A stretch of 64,000 nucleotides of DNA, taken from Candidatus Cloacimonadota bacterium. Its GTDB lineage: Bacteria; Cloacimonadota; Cloacimonadia; Cloacimonadales; JAIOQZ01. The DNA lies in the NCBI GenBank assembly GCA_021108395.1, contig JAIOQZ010000026.1, positions 30,051 through 94,050 of the forward strand, given 5' to 3'. A model generated the notes under the pieces. That model was not told the DNA's origin. It was given only the letters and a program-made list of their open reading frames with translations, and did not search any database. Made by a program: the position numbers and the translations under genes. This document shows positions 35,341-45,900 of the stretch, piece by piece; position 1 is the stretch's first letter, and every line of letters begins with the position of its first letter.

Positions 35341-36621
35341 TTAATTCTGTTGAGCCACGAGCACGGCCACACTGTGACGGTGCGGCTCGGGGTCATCGTC
35401 ATCTGTGTGGATATGGGTGTAGCCCTCTTCGTAGTGAAGGATTTGCCAGTTGGCGTAGAGTTCGCGCAGCTGCCCTGGCGCGAACAGTCCGGTGGCGCCG
35501 GATGTCGGTGTCTCGCTGGTGAACGCCGTGAGAATGTGAATGCCTCTGGGCTGCGTATAGCTGTGCATCCGTTGCAGCAGTTCCTCGTTTTCATCGGGGG
35601 TGTGGCGATGAAATATGTTGGTGGCGATGATGATGTCGAAGCGGTCATCGAAGGTGTATTCGTAGGCGTCGATATTCTGGAAATGCACCCGCAGGTTTTC
35701 GCGACGGGCTTCTTCGACCCAGCGCTCGCCTGTTTCTTTATCAGTGTCCAAACCGGTGACAACAAAGCCCTGACGCGCCAGAAACAGCGCCGAGCGGTCG
35801 TTGTGCAGGCTGAGTTCGAGAACCTTGCCATACTTCTTGTGCTTGAGCACATGATAAAGCTGGCGATTCTGCCGCCCCAGAGCCAGCCGCAGATAGATGA
35901 TGTTGTCGGTGATGATCTCTGCGTCGCCCAGCGGGCCATGCCCAGGCACGATTGTATCCAGCGGCAGGTCCTTCAGCCGCTGCAACTGGCCTATCCACAT
36001 CTTCCAGCCGCCGGGACGGCTGTATTGGGTATCTGGCGGGCGACCAGAGTATATGGCGTCGGAGCCGAACAGCACGCGGGATTCTGGATGATAGACGCAG
36101 AGCTGTCCCATCACATGGCCGGGAACGTGCAGCAGGTGAATCTCCTCTTCATCCACGATCATTACCTCGTCCTGCGCGATGCTGGTTCGGGGCGGGGTAA
36201 GGCGCACTTCGCCCAGAACCTCGGCTGCTTTCAGCGGGTCATGGAAGTAGCGCTCGATGATGAAGTCGCGGTATTTGTCGCCCTCGTGGTGAAACAGCTT
36301 CGAGGTTTCACGGTGAGCGATGACATGCGCCCCGTGCTGGACAAAGTATCCCATGCCGAACGAATGGTCGGGGTGGTGGTGCGTGAGAACGAGGTAAATC
36401 TCTTTTTCGCCGTGAACACGGCTTTGCGCTTCTCGCCACAGGGCTTTTGCCGAGTAAGACGACATGCCGGCGTCGATAAAGATGATGGAGCCGGACGTGA
36501 TGATGAATCCGGCGTTGACGCCCTCGTCGTGGTCGTGATTGTACAGCCCGGTCATGCTGAAAACGCCGGGCGCAAGCTCCTTCACTTCAGGCACAAGCTG
36601 CTCCTGCATGGTTTTTCTCAT
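35341..36621 (-). CDS. Fusion protein: N-terminal MBL-fold metallo-hydrolase plus C-terminal TehB-like SAM-dependent methyltransferase
   Basis: VLTHHHPDH metal motif in the first half. VLELSLHNDRSALFLARQGFVVTGLDTD (SAM-binding motif I-like) and DIIIATNIFH in the second half. Confidence 0.7.
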   Translation of the reverse strand: MRKTMQEQLVPEVKELAPGVFSMTGLYNHDHDEGVNAGFIITSGSIIFIDAGMSSYSAKALWREAQSRVHGEKEIYLVLTHHHPDHSFGMGYFVQHGAHVIAHRETSKLFHHEGDKYRDFIIERYFHDPLKAAEVLGEVRLTPPRTSIAQDEVMIVDEEEIHLLHVPGHVMGQLCVYHPESRVLFGSDAIYSGRPPDTQYSRPGGWKMWIGQLQRLKDLPLDTIVPGHGPLGDAEIITDNIIYLRLALGRQNRQLYHVLKHKKYGKVLELSLHNDRSALFLARQGFVVTGLDTDKETGERWVEEARRENLRVHFQNIDAYEYTFDDRFDIIIATNIFHRHTPDENEELLQRMHSYTQPRGIHILTAFTSETPTSGATGLFAPGQLRELYANWQILHYEEGYTHIHTDDDDPEPHRHSVAVLVAQQN

Positions 36622-36660
36622 ACACAGCGAGCGAGCGGAAACGTCAAGATTTTTCTCTGC

Positions 36661-37797
36661 TCAGAACGCCTCGGCGCTGGTGATGGTGAATCCCGATTCA
36701 TCGGCGGAAAACCCGACATCGAGCCGCAGGGTGAGACGCTCGCTGGGAACAAGCATGAAGCGCAGGCCGCCACCGACTGAATATCTCATGCCGCGCAAAG
36801 CGAACTGGTCGATTTCGTTGGCCACGCGGCCTGTCTCGGCAAAGACGGCAAACCCCATCCGCGACAGTATCTTGCCGCTGAATGGATATGTGCGCAGTTC
36901 CACGCGCCCCAGCGCCATGTGCCGTCCCAGATAGCGCAGTGTAGAGATGCCGCGCATCTCGCAGCCAGGGCTCGCCATCTCGAGAAAGGGCGGCTCGCCG
37001 TCATTGTACACGCCCAGCGCCTGAAACCCCAGCACGCTATGCTCCCCCAGCCGATAGAAACGAAAGGCGTCAAGCTTGTACTTCGTCCAGGCAAAGTCGC
37101 TACCCAGCGCCTCGTTATAGACATGACACTGTATCTCTATCTTGCCGCCGCGATGCGGATTCATCTCATTGTCGCGATCATCGAAAACTGCGCTAAGTCC
37201 CAGCCCGAGTATCCTTGCGCCACTCGCGCCGGGTATCTCGCCGTTCAGCAGCGCTCCGTCCGTTTCCCGCTCGTGCAGACTCCACTGCCGCCAGCGACTC
37301 AGCATTTCCACGCCCCAGTAACGGCCAAACCGACGCAGCAGATTCAGCTCGATGACGGTGGTTTCCGTTGTAAATCGTTCTTCGTCATCGAGGCTGGTAT
37401 CGTTGCCCAGGCCGAAGAACGAGTCTGGCCAGTAAACATACTTGAACTCGCCTGACAGCATCCAGCGTGCCTCGAAGAGCTGCACCGAGGGGCGCAAGGA
37501 GCTGGCGAACTGCTTATGAGAGGTGTAGATGGCGCTCAGGAACACGCTGTTGGACGGATAGTGCTCAGTCCGGCCAGGCGGACGATGCAGAAATATCGCC
37601 ATTGCGCCACCGCCAAAGCCCATTTCATCGGAGTAGAACATGGCCGGATAGATGGTCAGACTGCGGGTTGTGTCGGGCTCCACCTCACGCGGTGGAATCG
37701 CCCCCAAAACAACCGGCAGCAAGAACAGGATTATCAACAGCTTTTTCAAATACGCCCCCCTGTCGTGTAGTGAAGTCCAAGCCGAAACGCGGGACAC
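36661..37797 (-). CDS. Omp85/BamA-family outer-membrane barrel (no obvious POTRA domains)
   Basis: DDRDNEMNPHRGG motif. Ends ..ITSAEAF. The start may instead be a TTG near 37750, which gives LKKLLIILFLLPVVLGA. Confidence 0.7.
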   Translation of the reverse strand: MSRVSAWTSLHDRGAYLKKLLIILFLLPVVLGAIPPREVEPDTTRSLTIYPAMFYSDEMGFGGGAMAIFLHRPPGRTEHYPSNSVFLSAIYTSHKQFASSLRPSVQLFEARWMLSGEFKYVYWPDSFFGLGNDTSLDDEERFTTETTVIELNLLRRFGRYWGVEMLSRWRQWSLHERETDGALLNGEIPGASGARILGLGLSAVFDDRDNEMNPHRGGKIEIQCHVYNEALGSDFAWTKYKLDAFRFYRLGEHSVLGFQALGVYNDGEPPFLEMASPGCEMRGISTLRYLGRHMALGRVELRTYPFSGKILSRMGFAVFAETGRVANEIDQFALRGMRYSVGGGLRFMLVPSERLTLRLDVGFSADESGFTITSAEAF

Positions 37798-37818
37798 ACG
37801 GACTCGCCTTCGTTAAAA

Positions 37819-38322
37819 CTAACGGGTCACTGCAATACTGCGGCCCTCAGGAGTGTACAAACTCAGGCCGGCTTGATCGATCTGGGCGACTTTGACTTCT
37901 CTGTCGTTCGTCTGAAGCGACCAGGCCCCGGTTGTCTCGTCGTATGTGAGCACACCCGCTTGATCGCCGTCTAACTGGCGAATGTCAATCTGGTTCCCGT
38001 CGGCAGAAACTCGATATTGGTGGCCATTGTATGAGATTGTGCAGGGTTCACCTTCCAGATCGGCCAGTGACACCGGGTTCTCACCTGTCCAGAACTCGAC
38101 GGCGTTGAGCACGAGCAGATCGGCCATACCACAGAAGCTGTAAACCGGCAAAATGGCAAGCGCCCACATAACTACCGTGTTGACCCACTTGTCTCCCACC
38201 TGACTGTTCCATATGTAAACTTTGCGAGTAAGATTGAACCCCCCGAAGCAACCGAGCATCGAGGTGGCGAATAAGGCGACCGTGAGTAACATCGCAATCC
38301 ATTTGACACAGCTTTTCATCAT
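37819..38322 (-). CDS. DUF3332-like lipoprotein
   Basis: Lipobox SMLGC. GGFNLTRKVYIWNSQVGDKWVN..DLLVLNAVEFWTGENPV matches my memory of the DUF3332 pattern. Confidence 0.6.
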   Translation of the reverse strand: MMKSCVKWIAMLLTVALFATSMLGCFGGFNLTRKVYIWNSQVGDKWVNTVVMWALAILPVYSFCGMADLLVLNAVEFWTGENPVSLADLEGEPCTISYNGHQYRVSADGNQIDIRQLDGDQAGVLTYDETTGAWSLQTNDREVKVAQIDQAGLSLYTPEGRSIAVTR

Positions 38323-38335
38323 TTCTCCTTTTGTG

Positions 38336-39583
38336 TTATATCAATACGTGGCGGTTCATTTCGGGGTGTTCGCTGGCTGCTCCCAGGATGAGATTGAACG
38401 TGTCGATGGCTATCTGCATCTCCTCGTTGGTGGGCACCACCAGAATGCTGATGCGCGAGTAGTCTTTGGAGATGACGCCCTCCTGAGCGCTGTTCTGAAC
38501 GTTTTTGTGATAGTCTATGACGATACCGAGGTTCTCGAGGCGATTGCAGATGCGACGGCGCATGATGATTCCATATTGGCCGATACCGCCGGTGAAGATG
38601 AGAATATCGACCTTGACCAGGATGGCGGAATAGGCGCCGATGTATTTTCGGATGCGATAGGCATATGCGTCCAGAGCCTCAATGGCGACGCGATTGCCCT
38701 TCTCGGCTTCGCTTTCCAGGTCTCGCAGATCGTTTGAGATGCCGGACAGGCCCAGCAAGCCGCTCTTTTTGTTGAGGATGCGATAGAGGTCTTTCTCGGT
38801 GTAGCCGCGTTCGAGCAGATAGAAGATAATCGAGGGGTCGATGTCGCCGCAGCGTGTGCCCATCATCACGCCTTCCAGCGGCGTGAAGCCCATCGAGGTG
38901 TCAACCGAGACGCCGTTTTCGATGGCCGTGACCGAGGCGCCGTTGCCCAGGTGACAACTGATGACGTTGGTGTTTTCCGGCGAGCGCTTCATCAGCGTCA
39001 TGGCGCGGGCGGCTACATAGCGATGGCTGGTTCCGTGAAACCCATAGCGCCGGATGCGGTGTTTTTCGTACATCTCGCGTGGCAGACCATACAGATATGC
39101 CGATGCAGGCATGGCCTGGTGAAAGGCGGTGTCGAACACGGCTGTCTGAGGAACGCCGGGCAGCAGCTTCTGAGCCTCGCGGATGCCGGTGAGATTGGCC
39201 GGATTGTGCAGCGGCGCCAGCTCGATATTCTCCTCGATGGCGGCGATGACATCGTCGTCGATGATGACCGAAGAGGCATACTTCTCGCCGCCGTGAACCA
39301 CCCGGTGCCCCACCGCGGCAATCTGAGACAGATCGTCGATCATGCCCTTCTCGGGGTCGAGCAGCGCCTTGCTCATCTGCGCCATGGCGGCTGCATGGTC
39401 GGGAATGGGCAGCTCGTAGTGTAGCGCCCCGTCCTTCGAGCGTTGATTGATGATTCCCTGCTCCTCGCCAATGCGCTCGACAATGCCCTTGCCCAGGCTT
39501 TCCTGGCCGGGCATTCGGTACACCTCGTACTTCAGCGACGACGAACCGCAGTTGATTATCAGGATGTTCTGGCTGGCTGGCAT
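38336..39583 (-). CDS. ackA: Acetate kinase
   Basis: ILIINCGSSSLKYEVY, HRVVHGG and RYGFHGTSH motifs. Confidence 0.93.
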   Translation of the reverse strand: MPASQNILIINCGSSSLKYEVYRMPGQESLGKGIVERIGEEQGIINQRSKDGALHYELPIPDHAAAMAQMSKALLDPEKGMIDDLSQIAAVGHRVVHGGEKYASSVIIDDDVIAAIEENIELAPLHNPANLTGIREAQKLLPGVPQTAVFDTAFHQAMPASAYLYGLPREMYEKHRIRRYGFHGTSHRYVAARAMTLMKRSPENTNVISCHLGNGASVTAIENGVSVDTSMGFTPLEGVMMGTRCGDIDPSIIFYLLERGYTEKDLYRILNKKSGLLGLSGISNDLRDLESEAEKGNRVAIEALDAYAYRIRKYIGAYSAILVKVDILIFTGGIGQYGIIMRRRICNRLENLGIVIDYHKNVQNSAQEGVISKDYSRISILVVPTNEEMQIAIDTFNLILGAASEHPEMNRHVLI

Positions 39584-39954
39584 TGTTGTCTCCCTTTATT
39601 TCTGTCATCAGGATTTACAGGATTGAAGATATTTACAGGATGGGACAGTTGTCCAAAACTGTCGAGTCTTATCTGTAATCCTGTTAATTTCCCTAATCCT
39701 CTTTTAGGCTGGCTGATTACAGCCACTTAATCCCGATTCAGACAATAATAACAGATTAATTCGGCTGAGGCGCCGCGTCAACGAAAAACGCCATGCTGTG
39801 GCGTTTCTGCAACAATTCTTTGACATTCCGCAACAGGTATGCATGTTTTCGGTTCAGCAAAATAACTACAAATGACTGAAAGGCTTTGCAATGCCGGTGT
39901 GCGCCGCGATTGGCCTGCAAACTGCACCTGTCAACCTTCTGGAGGACTGCTGCC

Positions 39955-42900
39955 ATGAAGACAAAAAACAATGCGACTGGTTTTCGCCCGCGCAAGACGA
40001 CACACGTTCAACGATTGCTTCTGCTCCTGCTGCTCACCACCTGCATGATGGGCGCCACCGAGCACCAACTGTGGCAGCAGGTGAAACAGCTTGAAACTCA
40101 GGACCTGCCCCGCCGGGCCGACGAGGCCGTGCAGACCATTCTCGAAGAGGCCCACGCTGCCGGTGACACCGTCCAATATATTCAGGCGGTCATCTACCGC
40201 GTGAAATACCTGCGGGTATTGCGCGAGGACGGCTACGTGCCTGTTGATTCGTTGCTGAAGGCCGAGATTGCACGTAGCGATGGCGTTGCCCGGGCGTTGC
40301 TGTGGTCGATGCGCGGCGAGCAACTCGCGCAGATGCCTGTAGGCTATGGTGGCCGCTATCACTGGGGAACGCCTGCGCGTACGCGGGGGCCTGTTGACCC
40401 CAACGATTTGCGCACATGGGACAATGCCACCCGTTCAGCAGAGATTATGCGCTGTTACGAGCGGTCGCTCGTGCAACCAGAGTTGTTGCTGGTAACACCA
40501 CTCACCGACTTCAGATCGCTAATGAAACTCGGAGGTGGTGATTCTACACCTCTCAATACAACCATGCTCCATCTGCTGGCCCATCGCGCCCTGGATTATT
40601 ACCAGTCATACAGTCCCCCACCGGCAATGCATGACATCGTGCCGCTGGACGAGTCGTGGCTGTGCTCTGCGCATGAGCTGCAACAGCGTAGCGTCCCGCC
40701 GGGCGATTCGCTGTCGGCAAATGCCCGTGCGCTACGGCTCTACCAACAGTTGCAGCGCAGTGTGGCTCCCCAAAAAACCGAAGCCGGCGTGCTCTACACC
40801 CTCGACCGTCTCGAATGGGTCTATGGATCGTTGCCCCAATCCTATATCACTTATGACAATATGCTCGATACTATGATGCGTCGCTGGCGAGACAACCAGG
40901 TGTACTCCGATATCTGTTATAAACGGGCCGAGTTGTGGAGTGAATTCGGCAGAACATATAACCGAACTGGTGAAGGCAACGCAGACGCCCGTCAAAAAGC
41001 AGTGCGCTACGCCACGATGGGGATGGAAGCCTATCCCGACTCGCATGGCGGCAAAAATTGCAAAGGCATTTACAAAACACACCTGTCTCCGGAAGCTGCT
41101 GTGTTTATACTTCCTGTTTATCCGCCGGCCCAAGACTTTCCCGTTCGCATCGACTACACCAACACCGACTCCCTCACTCTCGACCTGTATCGTGTCGACT
41201 ACTCTGTTGCTACATCCAGGCTGCATAGCTACACAGAGCTGATAACCCTCATGGATTCAGTTGACGTGTTTCGCTCGTATGCGGTTAATTTGCCTGCATC
41301 TACCGACTATAACGAGCATAGCTCGGAGTTTATCATTGAAGGGCTGGAGACAGGTGCATATCTGTGCAATATCAGAGCGGCTACGGGTCCATTTAGCAAG
41401 CCAATGCTGTTTCAGGTTACTTCACTGGATTTGTTGATCATGGGTAGCCGCGATACATTAGATTTTCATGTTGTGGATAGGGTAAGCGGCCAACCAGTAC
41501 CCGGAGCCGGCATTGTGCTGACGAGACGAGTCAACCGTGAGTGGATCAACAGTGCAACACTTGTTACCGACGAATCCGGATTTGCTCCATACACAGATTT
41601 CCCTCGCACAACTCTCATCATCTCAGTCCAGACAAGCGATGATTGTTTCATATCAAGACTACCTCTAAGCTTCTGGAGCGCAAGGCGCCGCCATGACCAT
41701 CTTGTCCGTACATTTCTGACCGACAGGGCGATATATCGTCCCGGTCAGACCGTACACTTCACAGAAATAATATGGAACCATAGCGGCTTCCTCAACTTCA
41801 CCCCCGACAGACATCGACGCCAATTTGTGCTATCTGGCCCCAAACACAGCTCCGAGAGCAGCCTCGTCCTGAGACCCGACGAATTTGGCGCTTGTTCCGG
41901 CTCATTCACACTGCCCAGAGGTGGAGCCACAGGGCGGTATTGTATATCATTAGTCTATTACAAAACCCACTGCATCCTGGTCGAGGAATACAAACGCCCG
42001 ACCTTTTCGCTCGAGCTGAACCAGCCGCAGGGTAGCTTTGCGTTGGGTGACAGCCTCACCATACGCGGCAGGGCCACGGCCTACGCGGGCTATGATCTTT
42101 CATCGGCCAGTGTACGCTGGAGCGTGGCGACTACGGCGAACATAAACCGTCAACCCAGGTATCAAGTTCCCGGCTCGATCATCGCCAGTGGCGAGACCAG
42201 CATTGCCAGCGACGGCAGCTTTGAATTCGATTTCCCGCTTCAAATTCTGAGCCATACAGATGATGCACGTCAGATATTCGAGGTTAATGTCGAGATAACG
42301 GACGCAGGTTGCGAAACCCGCGATGCAAACCTTTCATTCACAGCCTCGACCCAGGCAATTCACATCGAAGCCGATTCTCAGGAACGCCTCGAATGTTCGG
42401 AAGTCGCCACTATCGGCGTGCAAGTGCAAAACGCTGCCGGCCAGCCGATAGATGCTGTGGTGCAGATGCAGGTCGAGCGGCTGGTGTCTCCCGACAGGCT
42501 GTTGCGTGTGGCGAAGTGGGAATCGAGTGACGTGCCGCTATACGACCGCGAGGAATGGGTGCGCCGTCTGCCGCATCAGCCCTGGAGCGATGAACTCGAT
42601 CAAGATACTTGGGCTGTAGCCGAGACTATGCTGAAAACCACCATAAGCACGGCAACTGAGACAGGCTATGAGCTGAAGAACTGCCGGGGTTGGACTCAGG
42701 GAGCATATCGTCTCATCTTCACCGCCACCGACGCTCAGGGTCATCAGACTACTTTGGTGCGACATATCACCCTCTACGATCGTGAAGCCAGGCAGCCGCC
42801 ATTGCCGCAGTATCTCTGGTTTGTCGCTCCGAACAGCGTGGAAAGCGGTGAAATTGCCGAAATACTTATCGGCTCGGCGGCGCCTGATGTGTGGGCTATC

Positions 42901-45900
42901 GTCGAGATTCAACGGAGTGGCAAGCTGGAGCGGCAGTACATGCGGCTCAACAACTCACAGCAGCGTATCTCGATACCCATAATCGACAGCGACATTGGCG
43001 GCATCTTTGTGAGTGTGGCCTTTGTAAAAGACAATCGGCAGTACATCGAGCAGAAAACAATTCAGGTGCCTGCACGACAGATGCAGCTCGATGTGCATCT
43101 GACAACACTTCGCGACACCCTGCGCCCAGGCGCAGAAGAAACCTGGACGCTACAAGTGAATGACTACTTCGGTGAGCCAGTGACCAACGCTCAGATTGCC
43201 GCAACGCTGTATGACGCTTCGCTCGACGCATTTAAGAATCTTCAGTGGCAACCACGCTTTCTCGACAGGTTCAGACGGCAACTGATATACATACGTTCTG
43301 CTAATAACCCTGAGCCTCAGCGGCAACAGCTCTCAAGACGCTATGTTGCACATTACCAGTCATATAAAAGACGCACACTGAATTGGCAACTCGGTCGCAG
43401 GATGTACTCGCCCTACCAGAGAGGGGGCATTTCCATTTATGGTTTTTCAGATGGTACTGAAGTGAAAGGCTTTGAGACGAACGACATCGCCGTTGAAACT
43501 CAAGTTGCCAGTTATGCCGCCAGGGCACCCGCTGGCAGTACGCCCCCTGTTGATGACAAACCGGAAGCTCCCCGCACCAAGCTGGCCGAAACCGCGTTTT
43601 TCTATCCAAACCTGCGCACGGACGAGAACGGCGAGGCAGTTTTCAGCTTCACCGTACCCGATGCGCTCACCCGCTGGAAATGCCTCGCCTTCGCATACAC
43701 ACGGGACGCCGCGCAGGGCAACCTCACACGGAAGTTCGTCACCCAGAAGCAACTGATGGCGCAGCCCAATCCACCGCGCTTTCTGCGCGCCAGCGACGTG
43801 ACAGGTCTGCCGCTGCGCATTCAGAACGTCACCGGCGAGGCCATCGCCGGCACGGCGCGACTCGAGATTCTCGACGCCTTCACCATGCGTCCGCTGGGCG
43901 AGGCCTTTGGCCTGAACGAGCCGGAGCGTCCGTTTGCCGCCGCAGCACTGGGCGGAACCTCTGTGCGCTGGGACGTGACGGTACCACAGGGCGTGCAGGC
44001 GGTGGTACTCCGGTTCCGCGCCACCGGCGACAACCACACCGACGCCGTCGAGCTGACGCTGCCTGTGCTGCCCGGGCGCATGCTGGTGACCGAGACCCTG
44101 CCCATGCCTGTGCGCGGCAACCAGAGCCGCAGCTTCACCTTCGACCGCCTGCGCGACAGCACATCCCCTACGCTGACGCATCAGGCGCTCACTCTCGAAT
44201 TCACCTCGAACCCGGCCTGGCTGGCCGTGCTGGCACTCCCCTACCTGATGGAATCGCAGCATCCCAGCTCCGATGCCGTGTTCAGCCGCCTCTATGCCAA
44301 CACGCTGGCCGCACACATCGTCACCCCCGACATCGAGTGCACATTCGCGCTCTGGCGCGAGCTGAACGATGGCCCGGCGTTGCTGTCGCCGCTGGAGAGA
44401 AACCATGACCTCAAGCAGGCGCTGCTCGAAGAGACGCCCTGGGTGCGTCAGGCAATGACGGAAAGCCAACAGCGGCGTGACATCGCCCTGTTGTTCGACG
44501 CCAACCGCCTGCGCAACGAAAGCGCCACTGCCTTGCGAAAGCTGCGCCAGATGCAGTCTGGCGGCGGCTGGCCGTGGTTCCCCGAAATGCGCCCCAGCGA
44601 ATGGATCACGCGGCGCATCGTCACCGGCCTGGGCAAGCTGAACGCTGTAGGGGCACTCAGCGAGGCGCAATCCACCGAGGTGGCACGCATGGCAGTGCCC
44701 GCCATTGTCTGGCTCGACAGCCGCGCTGCCGAGCGCTACCGGCATATCCTCGACAACAGCATCTCGCCCGACTCGATGCATATCGGCTCGAGCGAAGCGC
44801 ACTGGCTGCTGGCACGCAGTTACTGGCCGCAGATGACTGTGCGTGACGACGCTGCCGAAGCTCTCGATTACTGGATGTCCCAGGCGCGCAAGTACTGGAC
44901 GCGGCAGCCCATAGCCACCAAAGCGATGATTGCTCTGGCGCTGCACCGCACTGGCGATGCCACCACGCCCGGACGCATACTGGCCAGCCTGCGCGACTAC
45001 GCAATCCGCGACGAGGAAACCGGCTGGCACTGGAAGCTGCCGCAGAGCTGGTGGTGGTATGACCGCCCAATCGAAACGCAGGCGCTGTTGGCGCAGGCTT
45101 TCTTTGAGATCGAGGGCGACACGCAATCCGCCGACGAGATTCGCCTGTGGCTGCTCAAGCAAAAGCAAACCAGCAATTGGGAAACCAACACCGCCACCGC
45201 CGACGCCTGCTGGGCGCTGCTTACTCAGGGCGCCGACTGGCTGGCAGGCAATCAGGCTGTCAGCATCGAGGTGGGTGGCGAAATGGTGCAGGCGGGTATG
45301 GACGACACAGCGCAAGCGGAGGCGGGCACCGGCTGGTTCCGGCATTCATGGCAGGCAACAGAGGTGGCGCCAGAACTCGCAGAGGTAGAGGTCGCCAACC
45401 CCAACCCCGGCCCGGCCTGGGGCGCGCTATACTGGCAATACTTCGAGAACCTCGACCGCATCGAAGCATCTGCGGAAATGCCACTGCAACTGCGTCGCGA
45501 GCTGCTGCGCGAGCAGATGACCGACCAGGGCGCCGAGCTGGTGCGCATCTCCGACGGCGATCCGTTGCGCGTGGGCGACAAACTCGTCGTTCGGCTCACC
45601 ATCGAGACTGACCGCGCTATGGAATATGTGCACATAAAGGATATGCGCGCCGCCGGCGCCGAACCGCTGGACGTGCTTTCGGGCTGTGAGTGGCGCGACG
45701 GGCTGTGCTATTATCGCTCGACGCGTGACACCGCCACGTACTTCTTCATCGAGCGGCTGCCACGCGGACTGTATGTGTTTGAATACCGACTGTGGGCCGC
45801 CCAGCCGGGTGTTTACAAGGCCGGCATCGGCACGGCGCAGTGCATGTATGCGCCGGAGTTCTCGGCGCACACGCAGGGGGAAACGCTGGAGGTAAGTGAA

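Noticed and set aside
35340-35939. N-terminal extensions of ORF-track entries: mtaB 33954-35939, 16826-18193, lgt 25681-26757, 49541-50206, 50992-53976, 39886-45903 and 24404-25105.
   Set aside because: The extensions overlap the neighbouring gene, translate to junk-like sequence, and are followed by an internal ATG or GTG with a good GGAGG-type RBS and a proper signal peptide or conserved N-terminus. I used the internal starts.
43447-45345. Very long ORFs antisense to real genes. Examples: 43447-45345(-), 47099-49423(+), 54403-56376(-), 35227-36780(+), 18598-19890(+), 16793-17935(+), 14240-15700(-), 10476-11681(-), 29300-30562(+), 26645-27703(+), 59563-60618(-), 2966-3991(-).
   Set aside because: Each lies opposite a gene with clear family motifs (A2M, GH13, AOR, MBL-MT, GlmL-like, TPR, FapA, SDR, EtfB, ACAD, M6). 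Their translations are Arg/Ala/Gly/His-rich and low in complexity, and they lack RBSs. These are typical high-GC shadow ORFs.
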